This document shows positions 35,712-46,170 of a stretch of DNA of 64,000 nt, in pieces. This DNA is from Balanoglossus misakiensis (taxonomy: Eukaryota; Animalia; Hemichordata): assembly GCA_040954595.2 (NCBI GenBank), contig CM082588.2, positions 10,338,844 through 10,402,843 on the forward strand. Reading direction: 5' to 3'. Below the pieces are notes generated by a model, which worked only from the letters and a program-made list of their open reading frames with translations, ran no database searches and was not told the origin of the DNA. Position numbers and translations under genes: made by a program. The number at the start of each line of letters is the position of its first letter. Position 1 is the stretch's first letter.

Positions 35712-37934
35712 ACTTGGCTCAGATGTGCGTTAATGTGTACTAAACAAATTCAGATAGCGAGCCACAATATCTGTTGATGAGTTTCCATGGCAATTTTTTT
35801 CAAAATGGCCGCCAATACAGATGATCTCACCCACAAAATACCAATTATAAAACACCAAAATAAATTCATATTACAATATTTGAAACAAGAAACTGCTCAA
35901 AGAGTAATTTTCAAAATATTTATCATCACTAAACTAGTTATAGGGGTAAATACAGGATCGAGATTCAGTCGCTAAAGAAATTCAAGTTTGGTAATAACAC
36001 CGGTTACAACAAACTTAGTTAAAACACTGTATAACCATAGATATATTATAATAGTGGCCTGGCATAAACAAAATTTTCATAACATTTGGGCATTTTGTGA
36101 TAAAAGTTTAACAAGTAAAGCTCAGTTGATTTGTTCTTTTCCCCATAAAAATATCTTTGATGAACAAAATTCCAAATTTAGTCAACCCAGGAAAAACGGC
36201 ATCTTGTTTCTCAACCTTATAAATTGATCTGACCAGTTTGAATCAGTGCAGAATCTAGCTTTTCTATTTTATCTTCATCAAATGATTTATGCAAATAAAG
36301 AATCACTTCCCCATAAAATGGTGGCAGAAATCCAGTATCATGACAGTCGATTGGTTTGTTAAAGTTACTATAGAAACTAACTATGTCTAGGTTGCATGTA
36401 CATAGATAGATGTTAGGAATCCAAATCAAAATCTGTTTCAAACTTTTCATCCAATACTTGTCCTTCGGAAAGTGTTTTGATGAAGTCGCTTGAAGTGCTT
36501 TGTATTGCTCAAGTTATCGATAATTTTAATTGCACCTTGATGATAGTCAGCAGTTCTATTTTGACATGTTATTTTGTGTATTTTTGAACCCCCAAAATCA
36601 AAGAATAAAATGATAAAGTGAAAATAAGCTTCAAAACACCAAAAGTCTTCAGGATCACAGCTTTTCTGTAAAGAGTAAGATTTCGCTTACTTCATGCTAT
36701 TAAATGAAATGAAGTTTTCCGTAATATCTCTTGCAAAGTCAGATTACACATTGAGATATTAGAATGGAAGTACATTCCAAGTGACTTGTTGGGAGCATTG
36801 GGCCACCTAATCCCAGAAAATTGCAATAAGACCTGTTTTTTCCATTTACCAATCTAAAGGCCAACTGCTTGTATATTTAGTTGGGTTTCTATAATTAACA
36901 CACATTTTTGACAATATTTATGGCATGATGGACACTATTCTCGACAAATAAAATAATGTTGTGTCCTCCGCTGTAATTTTTATGAGTTTGGAATCATAGA
37001 CACCATTTATTTTTTGGTCAACTCTGTTAACAGTCGACAAAATTGCTGGAGTGGAACTGATACATGATCTAAAGTATCAAGACATATGGTCGATTATTAA
37101 CGTTTCAGCAATTCGACTTAAGTTTCTTAAATTTCCTATGGCATTTTGACAAACATCAACGCCCCGAAAAAACGTTGTCAACGCTGCGGTCGCGATTGTG
37201 GTCGAAACAAAGCCGACATTTTCGCATGGTTCGTTACCCGGGGTCCATTTAGATTGCATTGCGTTTGAGGCCCTATGTGTATGTCTGACGACCAATAAAC
37301 GTGACGACCGCGGACTCAGTTTGGATCAACGTCTATTTCGGGCAGTAGACTCTCCTATCAAGTTGATAAGGAAATTTTACCAGTCACGAGTAAGCCAAGC
37401 CCACATCCGTGTGCAAATCTGATATATCGGTGATCTGTTTATATGATTATCATTAGCTAAGGTGGTAAACTGTTGTGATTCATATGTGTAATTTACGTAC
37501 TGCAAGTTAAATATCGCAATTAGCCTAATGTTTGACCATAGACAGTATGGTTTGATTTCTAGAGGAGCACCTATTAATCCGAGAACAAAGGGATTAAAAG
37601 TTGCGCCGTTAAATTGTGTTTTAATAACTTACTTACCCCTATAAGTAGTTTAGTAACCATAATATCTTTGAAAATCATTGTTTCCACAGTTCCTTGTATC
37701 AAATATAGAAATCTAAATTTATTTTGGTGTTCACAGATGTTATTTGGTGGGTGAAATTATCTGTATTGGTGGCCATTTTGAAAAATTGGTTGCCATGGAA
37801 ACTCATCAACAGATATTTAGTGGCTCGCTATCTGAATTTGTTTAGTACACATTAACACACATCTGAGCCAAGTTTGGTGCTTTTATCACAAAATGCACAA
37901 TCGCTATGAAAATTAGGGTTTGGCCGCTCCACTA
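35712..37934. mobile_element. Older nested element with diverged inverted repeats of about 240 bp (second Academ-like family; left tip lost)
   Basis: 35712 to about 35950 is the reverse complement of about 37632-37873 (e.g. TTAATGTGTACTAAACAAATTCAGATAGCGAGCCAC). The right arm continues to ...GCCGCTCCACTA at 37934. Confidence 0.7.
36130..36530 (-). pseudogene. Heavily decayed L1/Tx1-like ORF2 fragment
   Basis: Minus-strand remnants WIPNIYL...FLPPFYGEVI, WSDQFIRLRNK and FGILFIKDIF parallel the motif order of the LINE ORF at 4561. Confidence 0.45.
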
Positions 37935-38470
37935 CAGGGCTTTAGACGGCCATATTGAATTGCCACATCGAGGCTCTTATCTCAAAATGAACTTCACACT
38001 TGAAGTATTGTTTTGAACAAGGTTTAAGTCCTTTATTAAAATAAAGAAAAGGTTATTCTTTCCAATGGTTGTGAGTTTTCAGTACATGTACTGTTACACC
38101 TAGCTTTATTATTATTTGGTAGCCAAAAATCAACGAATTATTCATACAATATGCAAATTTGTGCATAATTATTGTTTTATTATTGCTATTTTGTGTTTAT
38201 ACAACCAAAAAAGTTGTTGATGTAAACATGTAGTTTATTTTCATTGTTTAAGGAGGTACGTGAACATTTCTTTGATGCTATTCATGTGAGAATTGCGATC
38301 CTTGGCGGCCATATTTGATTTGCCAAAACGAGGCTCTTATCTCAAAAAGATCTTTTGGGAACAGGCATTTTCGAAATCAGCGTAGTCGAATTGACCAAAA
38401 AACATATTTGGTTTGCTTGTACCAAAAAATGCCAGAGGGGGTCACAATTTCTCAAATCTCCACCTGACTA

Positions 38471-41400
38471 ATAGGCCTATCATGTGTTATGCACATCACA
38501 ACATAATTTTGTAAACAAACGAGGCTTTGTTTGGAAGCAACCGTGGAAATTTTAGAACTATCTCTCGATCTACAGAGTATAGTGGAAAACGTTCATATGC
38601 GCATAGGCCTATCATGTGTTATGCACATCACAACATAATTTTGTAAACAAACGAGGCTTTGTTTGGAAGCAACCGTGGAAATTTTAGAACTATCTCTCGA
38701 TCTACAGAGTATAGTGGAAAACGTTCATATGCGCATATGCTATCATGTGTTATGCACATCACAACATAATTTTGTAAACAAACGAGGCTTTGTTTGGAAG
38801 CAACATTGGAAATTTTAGAACTATCTGTCGATCTACGGAGTATAGTGGAAAACGTTCATATGCGCATAGGCCTATATATGTGTTCTGCGCATCACAACAG
38901 AATTTTGTAAATGAACGAGGCTGTGTTTGGAAACAACCATGGAAATTTTAGAACTATCTCTCGATCTACAGTGTATAGTGGAAAACGTTCATATGCGCAT
39001 AGGCCTATCATGTGTTATGCACATCACAACATAATTTTGTAAACAAACGAGGCTTTGTTTGGAAGCAACCGTGGAAATTTTAGAACTATCTCTCGATCTA
39101 CAGAGTATAGTGGAAAACGTTCATATGCGCATAGGCCTATATATGTGTTCTGCGCATCACAACATAATTTTGTAAACAATCGAGGATGTGTTTGGAAGCA
39201 ATCATGGAAATTTTAGAACTATCCGTCGATCTACAGAGTCTAGTGGGAAACTTTCTTATGCGCATAGGCATATGTATGTGTTCAGCGCATCACAACAGAA
39301 TTTTGTAAATGAACGAGGCTGTGTTTGGAAACAACCATGGAAATTTTAGAACTATCTCTCGATCTACAGAGTCTAGTGGAAAACTTTATTATGCACATTT
39401 GCCTATCTATGTATTATGCGCATCACAACAGAAATCGCTAAATAAACGAGGCTGTATTTGGAAGCAACCATGTAAATTTTACAACTATCCGTCGATCTAC
39501 AGAGTTTGGTGGAAAACTTTCTTATGCGCATAGGCCTATTACGTGTTCTGCGCCTAACAACAGAATTCGGTAAATAAACGAGGCTGTTTGGAAGCAACCA
39601 TGGAAATTTTAGAACTATCTCTCGATCTACAGTGTATAGTGGAAAACGTTCATATGCGCATAGGCCTATCATGTGTTATGCACATCACAACATAATTTTG
39701 TAAACAAACGAGGCTTTGTTTGGAAGCAACATTGGAAATTTTAGAACTATCTGTCGATCTACGGAGTATAGTGGAAAACGTTCATATGCGCATAGGCCTA
39801 TATATGTGTTCTGCGCATCACAACAGAATTTTGTAAACAATCGAGGATGTGTTTGGAAGCAATCATGGAAATTTTAGAACTATCCGTCGATCTACAGAGT
39901 CTAGTGGGAAACTTTCTTATGCGCATAGGCATATGTATGTGTTCAGCGCATCACAAAAGAATTTTGTAAATGAACGAGGCTGTGTTTGGAAACAACCATG
40001 GAAATTTTAGAACTATCTCTCGATCTACAGAGTCTAGTGGAAAACTTTATTATGCACATAGGCCTATTACGTGTTCTGCGCATCACAACAGAAATCGGTA
40101 AATAAACGAGGCTGTTTGGAAGCAACCATGTAAATTTTACAACTATCCGTCGATCTACAGAGGTGGAAAACTTTCTTATGCGCATAGGCCTATTACGTGT
40201 TCTGCGCCTCACAACAGAAATCGGTAAATAAACGAGGCTGTTTGGAAGCAACCATGTAAATTTTAGAACTATCCGTCGATCTACAGAGTCTAGTGGAAAA
40301 ACGTTCATGTGCGCATAGGCCTATCATGTGTTATGCACATCACAACAGAATTTTGTAAACAAACGAGGCTTTGTTTGGAAGCAACAATGGAAATTTTAGA
40401 ACTATCTGTCGATCTACGGAGTATAGTGGAAAACGTTCATATGCGCATAGGCCTATATATGTGTTCTGCGCATCACAACAGAATTTTGTAAACAATCGAG
40501 GATGTGTTTGGAAGCAATCATGGAAATTTTAGAACTATCCGTCGATCTACAGAGTCTAGTGGGAAACTTTATTATGCGCATAGGCCTATTACGTGCTCTG
40601 CGCCTCACAACAGAATTCGGTAAATAAACGAGGCTGTTTGGAAGCAACCATGGAAATTTTAGAACTATCCGTCGATCTACAGAGTCTAGTGGAAAAATGT
40701 CTTATGCGCATAGGCCTATCATGTGTTCTGCGCCTCACAACAGAAATCGGTAAATAAACGAGGCTGTTTGGAAGCAACCATGGAAATTGTACAACTATCT
40801 GTCGATCTACATAGTCTAGTGGAAAACGTTCTTATGCGCATAGGCCTATCTATGTGTTATGCGCATCACAACAGAAATCGGTAAATAAACGAGGCTGTAT
40901 TTGGAAGCAATCATGAAATTTTACAACTATCCGTCGATCTACAGAGTCTGGTGGAAAACTTCCTTATGCGCATAGACCTATTACGTGTTCTGCGCCTCAC
41001 AACAGAATTCGGTAAATAAACGATGCTGTTTGGAAGCAACCATGGAAATTGTACAACTATCCGTCGATCTACAGAGTCTAGTGGAAAACGTTCTTATGCG
41101 CATAGGCCTATCTATGTGTTATGCGCATCACAACAGAAATCGGTAAATAAACGAGGCTGTGTTTGGAAGCATCCATGGACATTTTAGAACTATCTCTCGA
41201 TCTACAGAGTCTATAGTGGAAAACTTTCTTATGCACATATGCCTATCTATGTGTTCTGCGCCTCACAACAGAAATCGGTAAATAAACGAGGCTGTTTAAA
41301 AGCAACCATGGAAATTTTACAGCTATCCGTCGATCTACAGAGTCTAGTGGAAACGTTCTTATGCGCATAGGCCTATATATGTGTTCTGCGTATCACAACA

Positions 41401-43023
41401 GAATTTTGTAAACAAACGAGGCTGTGTTTGGAAGCAACCATGGACATTTTAGAACTATCTCTCGATCTACAGAGTCTATAGTGGAAAACTTTCTTATGCA
41501 CATATGCCTATCTATGTGTTCTGCGCCTCACAACAGAATTCGGTAAATAAACGAGGCTGTTTGGAAGCAACCATGGAAATTTTACAACTATCCGTCGATC
41601 TACAGAGTCTAGTGGAAAACGTTATTATGCGCATAGGCCTATATATGTGTTCTGCGCATCACAACAGAATTTTGTAAACAAACGAGGCTGTGTTTGGAAG
41701 CAACCATGGAAATTTTAGAACTATCTCTCGGTCTACAGAGTCTAGTGGAAAACTTTATTATGCACATATGCCTATCTATGTGTTCTGCGCATCACAACAG
41801 AAATCGGTAAATAAACGAGGCTGTTTGGAAGCAACCATGGAAATTTTACAACTATCCGTCGATCTACAGAGTCTAGTGGAAAAATGTCTTATGCGCATAG
41901 GCCTATCATGTGTTCTGTGCCTCACAACAGAAATAGGTAAATAAACGAGGCTGTTTGGAAGCAACCATGGAAATTGTACAACTATCCGTCGATCTACAGA
42001 GTCTAGTGGAAAACGTTCTTATGCGCATAGGCCTATCTATGTGTTATGCGCATCACAACAGAAATCGGTAAATAAACGAGGCTGTATTTGGAAGCAACCA
42101 TGAAATTTTACAACTATCCGTCGATCTACAGAGTCTGGTGGAAAACTTCCTTATGCGCATAGACCTATTACGTGTTCTGCGCCTCACAACAGAATTCGGT
42201 AAATAAACGAGGCTGTTTGGAAGCAACCATGGACATTGTACAACTATCCGTCGATCTACAAAGTCTAGTGGAAAACGTTCTTATGCGCATAGGCCTATCT
42301 ATGTGTTATGCGCATCACAACAGAAATCGCTAAATAAACGAGGCTGTATTTGGAAGCAACCATGAAATTTTACAACTATCTGTCGATCTACGGAGTATAG
42401 TGGAAAACGTTCATATGCGCATAGGCCTATATATGTGTTCTGCGCATCACAACAGAATTTTGTAAACAATCGAGGATGTGTTTGGAAGCAATCATGGAAA
42501 TTTTAGAACTATCCGTCGATCTACAGAGTCTAGTGGGAAACTTTCTTATGCGCATAGGCATATGTATGTGTTCAGCGCATCACAACAGAATTTTGTAAAT
42601 GAACGAGGCTGTGTTTGGAAACAACCATGGAAATTTTAGAACTATCTCTCGATCTAAAGTTGAAAAGTTTCTTATGCGCATAGGCCTATTACGTGTTCTG
42701 CGCCTCACAACAGAATTCGGTAAATAAACGAGGCTGTTTGGAAGCAACAATGGAAATTTTAGAACTATCCGTCGATCTACGGAGTATAGTGGAAAACGTT
42801 CATATGCGCATAGGCCTATATATGTGTTCTGCGCATCACAACAGAATTTTGTAAACAATCGAGGATGTGTTTGGAAGCAATCATGGAAATTTTAGAACTA
42901 TCCGTCGATCTACAGAGTCTAGTGGGAAACTTTCTTATGCGCATAGGCATATGTATGTGTTCAGCGCATCACAACAGAATTTTGTAAATGAACGAGGCTG
43001 TGTTTGGAAACAACCATGGAAAT
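38471..43023. repeat. 130-133-bp satellite array, block 3
   Basis: Same monomer and orientation; in register after the ATA TSD. Confidence 0.98.
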
Positions 43024-43665
43024 TGTAACGGCCTTGTTGATCCATTGAATTTGTATACATGTATATCTGTATGTATGTTATACCTGTATCTTATAGTAAT
43101 TAGTTATTCAATTATTCATATGACGTAATAGTACTTACCTTCAATTGGTTGATCTTAATTATATGCAAACCACCTGGAAGTTTCATTTGACCAATGAACA
43201 CAAGCTAATCTGGCACTATGATGTAATTGCTGATATAAAAGGACATGGTGCATAAAATTGGTCAGTTCACCTCTGTAGCCAGACCGGCCACACACGTTGG
43301 AACTGACATGTATTTGTTCCATTTCAGGTTAGTTTCCTTGTACCTTACCTGTTGCTTGAAGCTTTGTATTTTGGTGCATTCTACCGACTCATTTCAGCAC
43401 AAGTAATTGGTGTCTTTAACTTGCGTCAATTTTCCAATTGTATGTCTATATTTTTCACTTGCATGAATTTTGGTGTATTCTGTTGGAGGTGAACTCCCAT
43501 ACATGTGTGTAATTTAGCAGTTCACCTCTGTAGCCAGACCGGCCACACACGTTGGAACTGACATGTATTTGTTCCATTTCAGTTATTAAATGTAAGGCCT
43601 ATGTCTTTGTTACCCGTAACCTGTTTGGTGTGAATATGTTGGAATGAACGGCGACAACCGTGACA
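43024..43665 (+). repeat. 5' LTR
   Basis: TGTAACGG...CCGTGACA; same length as 50441-51082 and no difference seen by eye. Confidence 0.97.
43190..43267 (+). promoter_or_regulatory. Predicted LTR Pol II core promoter (CCAAT, TATA, Inr)
   Basis: CCAAT at about 43191, TATAAAA at 43234-43240 and Inr-like TCAGTT at 43262-43267, whose A (43264) lies 30 bp from the start of the TATA box. Candidate poly(A) signal ATTAAA at 43585-43590. Confidence 0.7.
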
Positions 43666-43667
43666 AA

Positions 43668-43686
43668 TGGCGTAGTCGGCAGGATT
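43668..43686 (+). other. Primer binding site complementary to the 3' end of tRNA-Ser
   Basis: TGGCGTAGTCGGCAGGATT, 2 bp after the LTR, is the reverse complement of AATCCTGCCGACTACGCCA, the 3' end of animal tRNA-Ser(AGA) as I recall it. Confidence 0.88.
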
Positions 43687-44739
43687 TGGCAATTCCTACG
43701 CAAGTTCTTGTTTCGGGACGGAGAGGATGATACTGACAAGTGCCATGTTTTAACTGGTCAGAAGTGTCTGGACAACGGACAACGCCCAACCAGGTGTGTC
43801 TTTCGCTGAGCTGGACGTCCTTGGGGAGCCAACCGGACTGCAGACAGACGGGAGCCAGGTCCAAGCGTCAACGGCGAGAAAAATTCTCTGCAGAGTGCCA
43901 AGTGGTGAAGTCGCTGAACTGTTACCGGCCGGAACTGTTTAGTGTGAAGTGTTCATCGCGGTATACAAGGTATTGTGTGTCCAGAACTTGACAGTGTTAT
44001 TCCGTGCGAACTATAGACAGTGCGCATAAATTCCGTCCGTGGCGCATAGTTTCCATCTGTGATAACTTCGGACTTGAACTTGTGGACTGGGTATTTTATT
44101 GCAAACGAACTTTCTGGTTATTCGCCGTAGAACCTGGTGTAACGTAATGTTTGTAAATTTTTCTTAGAAATTTCAATATTGTCTATATAATGCAATGTGG
44201 TCAAAGTAGTTTTGACTTTGATTTAATTGTTGAAGTGGGCTCCATGTGGATATAAACCCATGTTTTGTTGCCTTTAGCCTGCTTTAAAAAAAAAAAAAAA
44301 ATTATTTTCTTTCAACAGTATATTTTGGTTAAGTGCTGAAGTATAAATTTTCTTTGTAAATTTCAGTTCATTATTTTCCAAACGACGTGAAAAAAAAATT
44401 GTCAGCGCTTGTTGAAAAAAAAAAATATTAAGTTATAAGTTAAATATTGTATATTGACTTGAGTTAGTTTATTATTGTATTAGTTATTTAGTTGTTTCAT
44501 TATTATTGAGACTGTCCATGAATGGTCGTATTCATCCAAATCATACATTAGTCTCTATAGAACCTTTGGCAGTGTCTGTAAACTATTCTATGCTTAGTCC
44601 ATTCCCTGTTAACGTATGTGCTATGCCAGTAGATACTGATATTAGTGTTAAGATTTTCCAGTGAAATAGCTTGCATTGCATCGTATTTAACGACACGTCA
44701 GAATCCTCCCAAATTGCCTTTCATTTTCTGGGGAAAAAA

Positions 44740-46164
44740 ATGGCTGTGTCCAAAATATCAATTCAAGAGCGAAGCATTTATGTGCAACACTTGCCTTTTG
44801 AATGTACAAAGAAACATTTTAGAGAATTTATCGAGTTACAGCTTGGTTTGGCCCAGGTTGATCAAATTTATATTTCTGATAAAGATTCCGCTTTTGTCAT
44901 ATTTGAGAATATAGAATCAGCCACAGCCGCTCTGCCAGTAATACATAAAAGCACTTTTGAAGAAAGCAAATTACGGGCAAGTCGTGTGACCACAGCCCGA
45001 GGGTTGGAACTGTGGCATTTAATTGAGGAAACCGAACAAAGTACTGGCCTAGATTACAATGAAACCAGTGATCCCAAGACATCCAAACCCAAAGCAGATG
45101 TACAGGAAATTATTAACATGTTGAGTTTACTGTCTGAAGCAGATAGGAAAGCGGTTGCACAGGCCATATCACCTGCTCCACTGAAACCAATCGTATCAAC
45201 CCCTATGCCACATCCGATTCCATTTCCAGCATTTCCAGTACCAACTTCAGTTGCAGATTCTTCACCATTTATTATGTCTTCACCTGCCCAAGCAGCTGCT
45301 GCACAGCCAGCCACAGCCACTACTGCTTTTCACTCGGTGGAATTCCCAAGAATAGTCGTCTTCTCTGGCAAAGGTGATGTCACTTATGAAATGTGGCGAT
45401 ATGAAGTTCGAGCACTACAGAGGGAGAATGTGTTTCCGGAGACCATAATTATGCAGGCTGTTCGGAAATCCCTACGAGCGTCCGCTGCTGAAGTCCTACT
45501 ACATATGGGAGAAGACATCACAGTGTCCCGATTGATGGCGAAGATGAACATGGTCTTTGGGAAAGTATTGCCACCGGAAGCAGTTTTGGAAAAATTCTAT
45601 ACAGCACGACAAACGAAGACAGAAAAGGTAGCAGAATGGGCCTGTCGCATCGAAGGACTTTTGGATGAACTCAGATCAGGTCAGTCCATCTCTAGTAATT
45701 CAGAAGAAACCATGCTTCGAACCAAATTCTTTTCTGGCCTGTCAGATGAGCACATTAAGAATGCAATCAGACACCGATATGATACGGGAGAAGATTATTC
45801 AGGATTGTTGCTAGCCGCAAGAAAGCTTGAAGTAAATAGGGAGACCACTACCAGGGTTCACCAAGCAACTGTTGCTGACAAGACGATGATAACCAAATTG
45901 GAGGAACTTACCAAAGGTCTGAAGAACTTAGCTGAGAAGGTTGCTGAACTAGAGAAGCGAACTTCAACATCATCAACTCCAGAGTCTACTTTTCGCCGAC
46001 GTGTCAACAATGAAAATGGCCGGGATCGGCGTGGCAACGATGGAACTCGCCAACCCAAACAAGTTTTCCCAGGCAACTGCTTCAAGTGTGGTGAACATGG
46101 ACACAAAAAGACAGACTGTCCTTTAAATGGGGAGCGACCAGGCATCCGGAGGGACATGCGCTAG
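44740..46164 (+). CDS. gag: Gag (474 aa from first ATG): N-terminal RRM-like domain, PNMA-like capsid, coiled coil, CCHC knuckle
   Basis: ATG at 44740; SIYVQHLP and SAFVIFENIESATAAL (RNP2/RNP1-like); FSGKGDVTYEMWRYEV...AVRKSL (PNMA/Gypsy capsid-like); CFKCGEHGHKKTDC. Confidence 0.92.
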   Translation: MAVSKISIQERSIYVQHLPFECTKKHFREFIELQLGLAQVDQIYISDKDSAFVIFENIESATAALPVIHKSTFEESKLRASRVTTARGLELWHLIEETEQSTGLDYNETSDPKTSKPKADVQEIINMLSLLSEADRKAVAQAISPAPLKPIVSTPMPHPIPFPAFPVPTSVADSSPFIMSSPAQAAAAQPATATTAFHSVEFPRIVVFSGKGDVTYEMWRYEVRALQRENVFPETIIMQAVRKSLRASAAEVLLHMGEDITVSRLMAKMNMVFGKVLPPEAVLEKFYTARQTKTEKVAEWACRIEGLLDELRSGQSISSNSEETMLRTKFFSGLSDEHIKNAIRHRYDTGEDYSGLLLAARKLEVNRETTTRVHQATVADKTMITKLEELTKGLKNLAEKVAELEKRTSTSSTPESTFRRRVNNENGRDRRGNDGTRQPKQVFPGNCFKCGEHGHKKTDCPLNGERPGIRRDMR

Positions 46165-46170
46165 GTCGGA
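46122..46170 (+). other. Predicted -1 ribosomal frameshift signal
   Basis: T TTA AAT (X XXY YYZ, in the gag frame) at 46122-46128, just after the zinc knuckle. The -1 frame is open from here into pol. A stem CGACC..GCAT/ATGC..GGTCG follows a few nt downstream. Confidence 0.75.

Larger units (their letters stand above)
33813..38470. mobile_element. Non-autonomous TAG...CTA-ended DNA transposon (Academ-like), 4658 bp
   Basis: Ends TAGTCAGGTGGA / TCCACCTGACTA within imperfect TIRs of about 125 bp. 3-bp TSD ATA at 33810-33812 and 38471-38473 restores GCGCATAGGCC. No transposase ORF. TAG...CTA ends with a 3-bp TSD fit the Academ superfamily. Confidence 0.8.

Noticed and set aside
43263-43327. Hammerhead ribozyme in the duplicated LTR segment
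   Set aside because: There is a short TGGAAC/GTTCCA stem but no CTGANGA...GAAA core.
43668-43686. tRNA-Ser gene on the minus strand
   Set aside because: Only 19 nt match, including the CCA complement, directly after the LTR; this is a PBS, not a tRNA gene.
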